DNA from: Chloroflexota bacterium
GTDB lineage: Bacteria; Chloroflexota; Dehalococcoidia; Dehalococcoidales; JAZDNC01
DNA: 63,028 nt
Direction: 5' to 3'
Assembly (NCBI GenBank): GCA_043800335.1
Contig: JAZDNC010000049.1
Location: forward strand, 1 to 63,028
Shown: positions 30,011-40,286 of the stretch, piece after piece
Layout: every line of letters starts with the position of its first letter
Numbering within the stretch: the first letter of the stretch is position 1
Made by a program: the position numbers and the translations under genes
Notes under the pieces: generated by a model
What the model was told of the DNA's origin: nothing
Databases searched by the model: none
What the model saw: the letters and a program-made list of their open reading frames with translations, nothing else

Positions 30011-30364
30011 ATGAGACATAAGGTATCAGGTAGAAAGTTCAGTCGGGGCACCAGCCACCGCTGGGCGATGTACCGCAATCTGGTGACCGACCTGCTTAAG
30101 TACGAAGCCATTACCACCACCGAGGCGAAAGCCAAGGAGATACGCGCCTTTGCCGAGAAGATGATTAGTCTGGGCAAAGAAGGGAGTCTGGCTTCGCGCC
30201 GGCAGGCACTCAGCTTCGTCTTCGATGAAGAGATCGCCCACAAGGTCTTCAGCGAGATTGCCCCGAGGTACGCCGAGCGCAAGGGGGGCTATACCCGCAT
30301 CACGAAACTGGGCCCCAGAACGGGAGACTTCGCCCCCATGGTCAAGCTGGAGCTGGTAAAATAG
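30011..30364 (+). CDS. rplQ: 50S ribosomal protein L17
   Basis: [12 protein letters not shown]...HR.AM.RNL. Confidence 0.95.
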   Translation: MRHKVSGRKFSRGTSHRWAMYRNLVTDLLKYEAITTTEAKAKEIRAFAEKMISLGKEGSLASRRQALSFVFDEEIAHKVFSEIAPRYAERKGGYTRITKLGPRTGDFAPMVKLELVK

Positions 30365-30377
30365 GGGAAGGTCTTTC

Positions 30378-31148
30378 TTGACCGAAGGTCGCAAGATAGT
30401 CCTGATTCTGGAGTATAACGGAGCGAATTACGCGGGCTTTCAGTACCAGAAGGGTCAGCCAACGGTTCAGGAGAAATTAGAGGAGGCGATTTACCGGCTA
30501 ACCGGAGAGAAAATAAGAATAATCGGCGCCAGCCGTACCGATAGCGGTGTCCACGCCCTGGGACAGGTGGTGAGCTTCAGGACGGGGTCGCGTTTGCCAA
30601 AGGAAGCCTTCGTTCGCGGGCTCAACTACCATCTACCCCGTGACATTGCGGTCAGGGAAGCCTACGCGGTAGCCGAACCGGTGAACATCAGAAGTGAGGC
30701 GATAAGCCGGGAGTACCACTACCACATTCTGAACCGGACGACTCCCTCGCCGCTAAGGAGCGGTTTCAGTTATCTGGTTAGAGAGGTGCTTGATGCCGAC
30801 CTCATGAACGAAGCCTGCCGGATGCTCCTGGGCGAACACGACTTTACCTCTTTCGCCAGCTCACTCACGGGAACCAGGCTTAAAAGCGGCGTGAGAAAAG
30901 TATATCAGGCGGAGGTAACCAGAGAAAAGGAGCTGGTGGTCTTCAAGATGGTGGCAAACTCCTTTCTCCCGCACCAGGTGCGCTCGACAGTGGGCAGTCT
31001 CATCAGGGTAGGGCTCAGGAAGATGAGCACTGAGGATTTTTATAGTATAATAGGGGCGAAAAAGCCGGGACTGGCGGGACCTCTGGTACCTGCCCGGGGG
31101 CTTTTTTTGATTAGGGTTAATTACCCATATTCTTTTGAGGATAAATAA
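30378..31148 (+). CDS. truA: tRNA pseudouridine(38-40) synthase
   Basis: YNG..Y.GFQ.Q, ASRTDSGVHALGQV, HDF.SF. Confidence 0.9.
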   Translation: MTEGRKIVLILEYNGANYAGFQYQKGQPTVQEKLEEAIYRLTGEKIRIIGASRTDSGVHALGQVVSFRTGSRLPKEAFVRGLNYHLPRDIAVREAYAVAEPVNIRSEAISREYHYHILNRTTPSPLRSGFSYLVREVLDADLMNEACRMLLGEHDFTSFASSLTGTRLKSGVRKVYQAEVTREKELVVFKMVANSFLPHQVRSTVGSLIRVGLRKMSTEDFYSIIGAKKPGLAGPLVPARGLFLIRVNYPYSFEDK

Positions 31149-31149
31149 G

Positions 31150-31608
31150 ATGAAAACCCATAGCACCAAGGCCGTAGAAATCAAACACGAATGGCAGGTG
31201 GTTGACGCCTCCGAGGAGACGCTGGGACGGCTCGCCAGCCGAATAGCCCATCTCCTTATGGGTAAGCACAAGCCAAACTTCGTGCGTAACCTGGATACCG
31301 GCGATTACGTCGTCGTGCTTAACGCCGACAAAATCCGGGTGAGCGGTAAGAAGATGAGCCAGAAAATCTACTACCACTACACCGGCTACCCGGGCGGACT
31401 CAAGCAGATTAGCCTGGCGGATTTGATGGCGGAACACCCGACCCGGGCTCTGGAGCATGCGGTGAGAGGGATGCTGCCGCATACCCACCTCGGTGACCGC
31501 ATGATGACCAAGCTCAGGGTCTACACCGGGGATAGCCATCCCCATGAAGCCCAGCTCAAGAAGGCTAAGGCTGAGGGGAAGGAAGGCGCGTCGGAGAAGA
31601 AAGCCTAG
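31150..31608 (+). CDS. rplM: 50S ribosomal protein L13
   Basis: ATG 31150. W.VVDA....LGRLAS.IA..L.GKHKP. Confidence 0.94.
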   Translation: MKTHSTKAVEIKHEWQVVDASEETLGRLASRIAHLLMGKHKPNFVRNLDTGDYVVVLNADKIRVSGKKMSQKIYYHYTGYPGGLKQISLADLMAEHPTRALEHAVRGMLPHTHLGDRMMTKLRVYTGDSHPHEAQLKKAKAEGKEGASEKKA

Positions 31609-31641
31609 AATTTTGAGACCGAGGGAGGGGAAGATTTCTTA

Positions 31642-32037
31642 ATGGAAAAAAGGAGTTATGTTCACGGCACCGGCAGGCGCAAGACTGCGGTGGCTCAGGT
31701 TAAGCTGTTACCCGGCGAAGGTGCGATTCTCATTAACGGTGTGCCTTATGAGGAACTATATAACCGGCTTGACCATCGCCAGAGGATTTTACAGCCTTTT
31801 ATCGTCGCCGATGTCGCCGGCAAGTACAATGCTGTGGTCAAGGTTGACGGCGGGGGCACCTCAGGTCAGGCGGGTGCCGTCGCCCACGGGATAGCCCGCG
31901 CCCTGGTGGCTCTGAACGAGTCCTTTAAAGCCCCCTTACGCCAGAGCGGTCTTCTGACCCGTGACCCGAGGGGTAAGGAGAGGAAGAAGCCCGGTCTCAA
32001 ACGGGCGAGGAAGGCAAAGCAGTATACCAAGCGTTAA
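31642..32037 (+). CDS. rpsI: 30S ribosomal protein S9
   Basis: GTGRRK.AVA.V.L.PG.G, LTRD.R.KERKK.G...ARK..Q..KR. Confidence 0.95.
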   Translation: MEKRSYVHGTGRRKTAVAQVKLLPGEGAILINGVPYEELYNRLDHRQRILQPFIVADVAGKYNAVVKVDGGGTSGQAGAVAHGIARALVALNESFKAPLRQSGLLTRDPRGKERKKPGLKRARKAKQYTKR

Positions 32038-32063
32038 ACTGCGCGCCAGAGTCCCGAGATACA

Positions 32064-32099
32064 AAGCCAGATACTTGATTGTGTCTGGCTTTTCTTTTG
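32064..32099 (+). terminator. Intrinsic terminator ending the ribosomal supercluster
   Basis: AAGCCAGA...TCTGGCTT stem followed by TTCTTTTGG. Lies between convergent genes. Confidence 0.7.
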
Positions 32100-32170
32100 G
32101 CACGAGTCTACCGTGCCCGAATCACACTCTTTTGATTAACTGGGTCAGTTTGACCATCTCGACAAGAGGA

Positions 32171-33598
32171 CTAAACGCCAGCGAACTCGCGTCCCAGCTC
32201 AAGTAGACTGTCCACCCGCTTTGGGCTGTCACTCTCGGAATAGATACGGAGTAGTGGCTCGGTTCCGGAGAACCGGATGAGAAGCCACGAGCCGTCAACC
32301 AGGGTAAAACGGAAGCCGTCAATATCGTCCACCTTGGCTACCTTGACGCCGTCAATTGAACTGGGTGACTTATCCCGGACACGCTTCATGATTTCCTGTC
32401 GGTTCTCCTCAGGGAAGGTCAGGTCTATCCGGTTGAAGTAATGAGCACCTACCAGTTTATAGAGTTCTTCCAGCAGGGCTGAGGGTGATTTGGAAGTTTT
32501 TTCAATGAAGTCTATGAAGTAGAGCCCGGCAAGGATGCCGTCTCTCTCAGGAATGTGCCCGCGGAAGCCGTAGCCACCGCTCTCCTCACCCCCGATGAGG
32601 GCATTTTCCGAAGCCATGAGCGGTGCCACCCAGCTGAAGCCGACCCTGGTCTCCTTGACGGGGACATGGTATATCTCCGCCAGCCGGTAAGTCATGCTGG
32701 TATTGGTTATGGTCTTGATGATAGCCCCCCGCTCTCCCCGCACCTTGAGGAAGTAGAGACAGAGCAAGGCAAAGGTTTCCAGGGTAGAGATGAACTTACC
32801 GTTCTCAGCCATTATGCCCACACGGTCGGCGTCACCGTCGGTAGCGATGCCGAGTGCTGCTCCCTCCTTCTTAACCGTGGCGCCAAGCAAGCCGAGGTTA
32901 CCGGCGACGGGTTCGGGCTGTTTCATCCCCGGGAAGGCGGGGTTACGCTCGGAGTTAATCTCTCTTAACTCGATATTCCCACCCTCAAGCAATCTCCTGA
33001 GGTAGCCGATGCCGGCGCCAAACATCGGGTCAACAACTACCCTGAGCTTGGCACGCCGGAGTTCAGCAAGGTTTAAGAGTCTTCCAAGCTGGGCGAAATA
33101 GGGCGGGTCAAGGTCAGGCTCTTCAAGCAATCCCTTTTTCCGTGCGCTCTCGATTGTAATCTGCTTGACTCCGCCCTTGGTGTAGCGACGGGTGACGCAG
33201 GCTTCAATCTCCTTCACCACCTTCTCAGGGGCACTAGCACCGTCCGGGGTCTTGTACTTGAAGCCGTTCCAGGCTCCGGGATTGTGGCTGGCGGTAATCA
33301 TGATGCCGCCATCGAGTTTTCCCGCCGCCACGCCGTAGCTCACCACCGGTGTCGGTGTGACTTTGGGCGATAGGTAGACCTTGATGCCGTTAGCCGCGAT
33401 GACCTCGGCTGAGGTCCGGGCGAAATCCTCCGAGGCAAAACGGGTGTCATAGCCAATGAGGATGCCTTGCTTGCCCTTACCAGTTTGCAGGAGGTAGTCT
33501 GCCACCCCCTGGGCGCAGATGGCGACATTGGCAAAGGTGAAATCCCTGGCGATGATGCCCCGCCAGCCGTCGGTGCCAAACTTGATTGGACTTTCCAT
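32171..33598 (-). CDS. Phosphoglucomutase/phosphomannomutase family (alpha-D-phosphohexomutase)
   Basis: FGTDGWRG, active-site TASHNPGAWNG, GIATDGDADR, GEESGG. Confidence 0.88.
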   Translation of the reverse strand: MESPIKFGTDGWRGIIARDFTFANVAICAQGVADYLLQTGKGKQGILIGYDTRFASEDFARTSAEVIAANGIKVYLSPKVTPTPVVSYGVAAGKLDGGIMITASHNPGAWNGFKYKTPDGASAPEKVVKEIEACVTRRYTKGGVKQITIESARKKGLLEEPDLDPPYFAQLGRLLNLAELRRAKLRVVVDPMFGAGIGYLRRLLEGGNIELREINSERNPAFPGMKQPEPVAGNLGLLGATVKKEGAALGIATDGDADRVGIMAENGKFISTLETFALLCLYFLKVRGERGAIIKTITNTSMTYRLAEIYHVPVKETRVGFSWVAPLMASENALIGGEESGGYGFRGHIPERDGILAGLYFIDFIEKTSKSPSALLEELYKLVGAHYFNRIDLTFPEENRQEIMKRVRDKSPSSIDGVKVAKVDDIDGFRFTLVDGSWLLIRFSGTEPLLRIYSESDSPKRVDSLLELGREFAGV

Positions 33599-33654
33599 AA
33601 GCCTAGACTATCCTTTTCCGTTCCGAACTACTGACAAGCTCTCGCCGGCTACTT

Positions 33655-34875
33655 TTACCTTCGCTTAAGCTGGCGCGCCTCCCTTTTCAGTATCGCGGCT
33701 TTGTCGGTCTTCTCCCAGGGCAGGTCAAGGTCGGGTCTGCCGAAGTGCCCGTAGGCCGCCACCTGGCGGAAGAGGGGGCGGCGCAGCCTGAAGTTCTTGA
33801 TGATGGCGCCGGGACGGAAATCGAAGTGCTTATCAACCAGCTTCATGAGGGCTTCATCGTCAATCTTACCCGTGCCGAAGGTCTCAACATAGATTGAGAG
33901 CGGCTTTGCCATGCCGATGGCATAGGCGACCTGAATCTCGACCTGGTCAGCCAGCCCGGCGGCGACGATGTTCTTCGCCGTGTAGCGTGCCATGTAAGCC
34001 GCGGAGCGGTCAACCTTGGTCGGGTCTTTCCCGGAGAAAGCCCCGCCGCCGTGCCGGGCAAACCCGCCATAGGTGTCAACCAGAATCTTACGCCCGACAA
34101 AACCGCTATCGGAGGCGGGACCACCGATGACGAAACGCCCGGTTGCATTGACATAATACTGGGTCTTCCGGTCGAGAAGCTTGGCCGGGATGACTGCCTT
34201 GACCACGTGCTGGATGATGTCACGCCTGATTACCTCGGGAGCGACATCATCATGCTGGGCGGCGATGACAACAGTCTCTATCCGCTTGGGTTTGCCGTAG
34301 CTGTATTCCACGGTGACCTGGGACTTGCCATCGGGGCGAAGATAGGGAATTATTCCCTCTTTCCTCACCTGAGCCAGCCGCCGCGCGAGTCCGTGGGCGA
34401 GGGCGATGGGAAGGGGCATCAGCTCCGGCGTTTCGTTGCAGGCAAAGCCGACCATCATGCCCTGGTCGCCGGCACCAATCTCATCCAGGGGGTCTTTCGA
34501 GCCAGCCTTGGTCTCGGCGGACTTACTCACCCCCAGCGAGATGTCCGGGGACTGCTTATTAATTGATACCAGAACGCCACACGAGCTCGCCTCAAAGGCA
34601 TACTCCGGTTTGGTGTAGCCAATCTCCCTGATGGTCTGGCGCACGATTTCAGGGATTTCCACGTAGGTCTTGGTGGTAATCTCCCCCACAATCATAACCA
34701 GCCCGTTGGTCACCGCGGCGTCACAGGCGACCCGAGCCGTCGGGTCTTCCTTGATGATGGCGTCCAGAACAGCATCGCAAATCTGGTCGCAGATTTTGTC
34801 CGGATGTCCCTCGGTGACCGACTCCGAGGTGAAGAGATAGCTCGGTGAACGGAAGAAACAGTTGTTGCTTGCCAT
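33655..34875 (-). CDS. metK: S-adenosylmethionine synthase
   Basis: [35 protein letters not shown] 34875 is preceded by AAGGAG. Confidence 0.95.
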   Translation of the reverse strand: MASNNCFFRSPSYLFTSESVTEGHPDKICDQICDAVLDAIIKEDPTARVACDAAVTNGLVMIVGEITTKTYVEIPEIVRQTIREIGYTKPEYAFEASSCGVLVSINKQSPDISLGVSKSAETKAGSKDPLDEIGAGDQGMMVGFACNETPELMPLPIALAHGLARRLAQVRKEGIIPYLRPDGKSQVTVEYSYGKPKRIETVVIAAQHDDVAPEVIRRDIIQHVVKAVIPAKLLDRKTQYYVNATGRFVIGGPASDSGFVGRKILVDTYGGFARHGGGAFSGKDPTKVDRSAAYMARYTAKNIVAAGLADQVEIQVAYAIGMAKPLSIYVETFGTGKIDDEALMKLVDKHFDFRPGAIIKNFRLRRPLFRQVAAYGHFGRPDLDLPWEKTDKAAILKREARQLKRR

Positions 34876-34892
34876 TGACTCTCCTTTCAATT

Positions 34893-36182
<1,290 letters not shown>

Positions 36183-36236
36183 TTAAATATGTCCACCACT
36201 TTGCTTACGTTGCTACTCACTCTTTCTGAGGTAACA

Positions 36237-36264
36237 ATTATAACACGATTCCCCTCTGTCTCAA
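36237..36264 (-). promoter_or_regulatory. Promoter candidate for ahcY-metK
   Basis: Minus strand reads TTGAGA, 16 nt, then TGtTATAAT (extended -10). Confidence 0.5.
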
Positions 36265-36329
36265 CTACCTCAGGCTCCGCATTCTTTTCCAAATATGTCT
36301 CCCAGCTCTCATCACCTCGCTCAGCCGGG

Positions 36330-36842
36330 CTAGCCCTTCAGCCACTCCCGTATCTCCCCGAGCACCCGCTCGTTGTTAGCCCGGGTCACCGGGACGAGGT
36401 CAACCTCTTCTCTCCGCTTCAGAGCATCCGCAAAGGGGTTTGAGCTGAGCATGATGGTCGCCAGGACCTTTTTGCCGCTCTGGACGGCGCGGAGCACCGC
36501 CTCCCTGAATTGATCTGAGAATAGCTCCATCTTGCCGATTTCATCAATGACAATCAGGTTAGACTCGCTGATTGCTCGGCTAACTGCTTTGACCCCCAGG
36601 TTTTCCAGGACGGAGATGTCAACGCCGTACTTACCCACCCGGTAGGGACTCTTGATTTTGACGTGAGCCAGGACGCCACTCTCACCGCTAAGGGTTATCA
36701 GGCGGAAACCGAGCCTTGTTTCGGGGCTCCTTATCTCCTCGGTGTAGAATCCACCCGCATCTTTCAGCCCGACGATGGCAGCTTTGATGAGGCTGGTCTT
36801 ACCTGTCCCGGGCTTCCCGGTGAGTAGCAGTACCCTTTTCAT
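36330..36842 (-). CDS. THEP1/COG1618-type nucleoside-triphosphatase
   Basis: Walker A LTGKPGTGKTSL, Walker B LIVIDEIGKMEL. Confidence 0.8.
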   Translation of the reverse strand: MKRVLLLTGKPGTGKTSLIKAAIVGLKDAGGFYTEEIRSPETRLGFRLITLSGESGVLAHVKIKSPYRVGKYGVDISVLENLGVKAVSRAISESNLIVIDEIGKMELFSDQFREAVLRAVQSGKKVLATIMLSSNPFADALKRREEVDLVPVTRANNERVLGEIREWLKG

Positions 36843-36955
36843 TTTCGGGATGCGCCGCCGGAAGGCTTGGACTTAGTCTCCAGCTTTCTCTTCTCTTCCA
36901 GCTTCTTCTTACGCTGGCGGTGCTTCAGGAGGGCAACCCTTCTCGGCTTGTTCAT
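36839..36955 (-). CDS. Possible 38-aa Lys/Arg-rich small protein (hypothetical)
   Basis: Hand translation: MNKPRRVALLKHRQRKKKLEEKRKLETKSKPSGGASRK*. Its stop overlaps the NTPase start (ATGA). Not in the ORF track. Confidence 0.35.
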   Translation of the reverse strand: MNKPRRVALLKHRQRKKKLEEKRKLETKSKPSGGASRK

Positions 36956-37045
36956 AGACTAATCATAGCCTAAATAAGGCGTCCTGTCATGAGTTCTAAT
37001 CTGGCAAGAAGGAGAGGCTTCAGCGTCCAAGCGGTATAAGCCCAC

Positions 37046-37205
37046 GCTCGCTCTGAGTCTGTGGTTCGACAAGCGTTCGACTGAGCGTTCGACCGAGCTC
37101 ACGCCGAGGTCTCACTTCGTGGTTCACTCTGACGACTAATCGGAACGAGTGACTCAGTGGAACCACGCCGAAGGCTCACCATGAGCGAGGCAAGGTCTGT
37201 GGTTC
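37046..37205. repeat. Intergenic repeat cluster including an inverted copy of the 55-bp unit D
   Basis: 37112-37166 is the reverse complement of 1070-1125 with one indel. An 11-bp direct repeat GTCTGTGGTTC occurs at 37057-37067 and 37195-37205. Confidence 0.85.
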
Positions 37206-37228
37206 AATTGTCGTGGGAAAAGGAAGCC

Positions 37229-38263
37229 CTACCTGACGTATGCCTTCCTCATGACTACCGATAGTTCCGCCAGAAGTCTGAGCGCCGTCTCCGCCGCCTC
37301 TTCGCTCAGGGTCGCCAGCCCGCAGGATGGGGTGAGCAGCCCGTGCTCGGCAAGCGACTCAAAGCGAATACCCTTGCGGGTAAAGGGGGCGATGGCTTCC
37401 TCCAGCCGGTCTTTGAGACTGGAGACGGTCTCCCTTTTAAGCTCGTCCTCGCCGTTGGGCACAATCCCCCAGGCGACCGCTCCGCCCCTCTGGATGAATT
37501 TGCCCACCTCAGCCGGGTAGAGACTGAAAGGCTGGGCGTAGTTATAGGCATCGAAGCTCAGGATGTCGGTTGAAGTGGAAAGGAGTAACTGCCAGTCGGT
37601 ATTGCCGCAGCAGTGGATGCCCTTGAGTCCCCTGATGCCTCCGAACACCTCTTCCAGAAGCTTCTGGGCCTTCTCTTTAGAAATCACCACGTAGGCAGAG
37701 CCGAGGGAGACCAGGTAAGGCTCGTCAACAAAGACAATGGTGTTCTTGAAGACCTTGGCCAGCTCCCTCTCCTGCCAGCCGGCTTTGAGGCGCAGGAGCT
37801 TGGCGGTGAGGTCGGCAAGGTTCTCATCGTAGATTAGGGGCTGACCCCTCCTGTCTTTCACCGTCAGTCCGAAGCTGACCGGACCCGTGACCTGTCCCTT
37901 GACTGCTATCGGCGAGATGCTGTTCTGGGCGAGGAACTCATACAGCCCTTCGGCATACTCCCGGCTCACCGGGAACCGGTCGACATTGTTCTCAAGATAA
38001 GTGATGTAAAGCCGTTCCATATCCCTGTCCGAGATGCCGCTCGGGTCGACATAGATTCTCTTCTCGTCTTCTTCTATCACCACACCGGGCAGTCCCTCGC
38101 TGAACTGGACGTACATGTTCTCTCGGAACGTGCGCCGGGGTAGCTGGGGCCAGCAAGGGATTTCTTTAAGATACTTTGCCACCAGCTCACAGGCGGTTCT
38201 GGCACTGGTATGGGGCAGACTGCCAATCATGGTGGGAAGTAAACCAAATCTGGTGTCAGGCAC
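37229..38263 (-). CDS. Zn-dependent thiol methyltransferase of the MetE-C-terminal/URO-D-like superfamily (candidate core methionine synthase)
   Basis: 344 aa. GSLPH near the N-terminus, IHCCGN (His-x-Cys) and PSCGL (Cys) as Zn-ligand-like motifs. Sits inside the SAM-cycle cluster. Confidence 0.5.
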   Translation of the reverse strand: MPDTRFGLLPTMIGSLPHTSARTACELVAKYLKEIPCWPQLPRRTFRENMYVQFSEGLPGVVIEEDEKRIYVDPSGISDRDMERLYITYLENNVDRFPVSREYAEGLYEFLAQNSISPIAVKGQVTGPVSFGLTVKDRRGQPLIYDENLADLTAKLLRLKAGWQERELAKVFKNTIVFVDEPYLVSLGSAYVVISKEKAQKLLEEVFGGIRGLKGIHCCGNTDWQLLLSTSTDILSFDAYNYAQPFSLYPAEVGKFIQRGGAVAWGIVPNGEDELKRETVSSLKDRLEEAIAPFTRKGIRFESLAEHGLLTPSCGLATLSEEAAETALRLLAELSVVMRKAYVR

Positions 38264-38342
38264 AGTAAACCTCTGGGTCTCAAAATTTATAGAGGGAGTT
38301 TAAGCGGGAAGAAGCCCCTCTGTCAACCTCTGTATTTACACT

Positions 38343-38466
38343 GGTGTCATTCCTGCGGAAGCAGGAATCCAGAAGAGGAAGAGGGGAGTGGATTGTCGGG
38401 TCAAGCCCTTCAGGGTGAACCCGACAATGACATATGAGAACGGACTTGCTCGCCCCTCGCAATGAC
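38343..38466. repeat. Intergenic repeat cluster (units B, C, A)
   Basis: tgtcattcctgcggaagcaggaatccag, then gattgtcgggtcaagcccttcagggtgaacccgacaatgaca, then ...ctcgcaatgac. Confidence 0.9.
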
Positions 38467-38469
38467 AAC

Positions 38470-39354
38470 TTACTTTATATACCTGCCGATGATGGGCTTG
38501 AGCTTCCGCTTTAGCTCAGGCGGGATTTTCTCCCTTGCCGTAACGAATGCCGTCTTGAGGGCGTTCTGGCACTCACACTTACGAGTCTTGGGGACTTTAC
38601 CAACCGCCAGCTTGATGATTTGCTTCGCCGTCTCGACATTGCGGTTCATGCAACTGATGATAATATCAACCGTTACCGGCTTCTCCCGCGCCAGCCAGCA
38701 GTCGTAGTCGGTAACGAGAGCAATACTGGCGTAGCAAATCTCGGCTTCACGGGCGAGCCTGGCTTCGGGGAGCACTGTCATGCCGATGATGTCCGCCCCC
38801 CAGGACTGGTAGAGCCGGGACTCAGCCTTGGTGGAGAAAGCGGGACCCTCCATGGTGACGAACGTCCCGCCACGGTGCACCGTCGCCCCCGCCTTCTTGC
38901 CGGCATTGTAGAGAATTCGGCTCAGCTCCGGGCAGAAAGGCTCAGCGAAGGAGATGTGCGCTACCAGTCCGCTGCCGAAAAAGGTATTGACTCTACTCGT
39001 GGTGCGGTCAATGACCTGGTCGGGGATGACCAGATCGCCCGGCTTTATATCTTCCTTATAGCTGCCGCAGGAGTTGATGGCGATGATGTGCTCCACCCCC
39101 AGCGTCTTAAAGGCGTACATATTGGCTCTCTGCGGGATTTCCGAGGGCATGTAGACGTGTCCCCGCCCGTGCCGGGGGAGAAAGGCGACGCCCGTCCCCT
39201 CTAGGCTCCCGATGATGAAGCTGTCCGAGGGCTTGCCGAAGGGGGTGTCGATGGCGACCTCCTGAATTTGGGTCATGCCCTCAATCTGGTAAAGCCCCGT
39301 TCCGCCGATACCGCCGAGATTAGCCCTGGGTTCACCATGAATGGGTTGCGGCAT
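38470..39354 (-). CDS. mtnP: S-methyl-5'-thioadenosine phosphorylase
   Basis: GGIGGTGLY, FLPRHGRGH, GMT..PEA.LARE. TAGGAGG SD upstream. Confidence 0.88.
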   Translation of the reverse strand: MPQPIHGEPRANLGGIGGTGLYQIEGMTQIQEVAIDTPFGKPSDSFIIGSLEGTGVAFLPRHGRGHVYMPSEIPQRANMYAFKTLGVEHIIAINSCGSYKEDIKPGDLVIPDQVIDRTTSRVNTFFGSGLVAHISFAEPFCPELSRILYNAGKKAGATVHRGGTFVTMEGPAFSTKAESRLYQSWGADIIGMTVLPEARLAREAEICYASIALVTDYDCWLAREKPVTVDIIISCMNRNVETAKQIIKLAVGKVPKTRKCECQNALKTAFVTAREKIPPELKRKLKPIIGRYIK

Positions 39355-39491
39355 GAAAAGAACCTCCTAAGTTCACTATCAGAAGTGCGATAATTTACAA
39401 AAGTATAAGTTATCTTAAAACTGCTTCTCTAAGCTATGAAATAATAACGGATTAGCGACAATGAGTTCGCAGGGGTTATCTCCTTAAGTGG

Positions 39492-39704
39492 CTACATTTT
39501 TCGGAGTCCTTCGGTCTCTTCTTCAAGCTTTTCGCTGAAAGGTATGTCCACGACTGAGCAGCTAACATAATTACTATCAAATACGTGCTTTTCGGCGTAG
39601 GCACGTTTACCCTTGATGCGGTCAGGGATTTCTACAACATATTCAACTTTCTCAACTCTCAACATTCTCTCATATCTGGTTAGGATGTAATTTGAACTAC
39701 TCAT
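39492..39704 (-). CDS. Hypothetical 70-aa protein (second gene of the AT-rich cassette)
   Basis: ORF in AT-rich DNA. Its start overlaps the upstream ORF's stop by 8 nt. No family recognised. Confidence 0.5.
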   Translation of the reverse strand: MSSSNYILTRYERMLRVEKVEYVVEIPDRIKGKRAYAEKHVFDSNYVSCSVVDIPFSEKLEEETEGLRKM

Positions 39705-40197
39705 TTTTCCCTTCTTTCCGACCTGCTTCTTGGTTTTTCCACTTAGCGAAATCCGACCACATTTGTTTTATGAGTTTCTCCGATGCAAGTGTAGACCTGC
39801 TTCCAACCTCAGGTATGGTCAGTTCCGAAGTGCTTCTGGATTCCAACCTATATAGGAAAATCGGTGTAGTTAAGGTACAACATTTTAGAAATTCCTCTGC
39901 ATCAAATAGTCTGAAGAACCAATCATTCAAATTATTGCCCTGACCCCTGCATACCAAAAAGAGGTAGTTTTCTTTATTACAAACCGCTTGGAACATCTCG
40001 GTTAACATAACCGTTCCAAAGAAACTACCCTCTTCTTTAGAAGAATATTTTATTTCAATATAGAGTAATTTGCCATCTTTATCTGCAATTAAATCGCAGC
40101 TCTGATTTCTAGCTGGTCTTACGTTGGTAAAACCGTTTTTCTCCAACCACTCTTTACATTTGGTCTTAGCCAGTGTGTCAGAAACTACTCTTGCCAT
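39697..40197 (-). CDS. PD-(D/E)xK nuclease-fold protein, DUF3883-like N-terminal domain
   Basis: CDLIADKDGKLLYIEIKYSS (D...E-x-K) followed by GTVMLTEMFQAV..KENYLFLVC. The C-terminal half is unassigned. Start taken at ATG 40197 (the track uses TTG 40218). Confidence 0.6.
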   Translation of the reverse strand: MARVVSDTLAKTKCKEWLEKNGFTNVRPARNQSCDLIADKDGKLLYIEIKYSSKEEGSFFGTVMLTEMFQAVCNKENYLFLVCRGQGNNLNDWFFRLFDAEEFLKCCTLTTPIFLYRLESRSTSELTIPEVGSRSTLASEKLIKQMWSDFAKWKNQEAGRKEGKNE

Positions 40198-40286
40198 ATG
40201 TCTGCCTTCTAAGTGCAAACATATGTTAGAACAACTTTAAGTCCGTGTCGAGTGGGTTGAACGGTTGGGCAGTATTTCTTAGGTTG

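Noticed and set aside
29545-30282. 245-aa minus-strand ORF
   Set aside because: Antisense shadow of rpoA and rplQ. It is Ser/Arg-rich and low-complexity, with no start context.
37057-37205. 11-bp direct repeat GTCTGTGGTTC flanking 127 bp, considered as a target-site duplication
   Set aside because: About one or two such matches are expected by chance within short distances in a 63-kb window. It is noted in the repeat feature but not promoted without genome-wide support.
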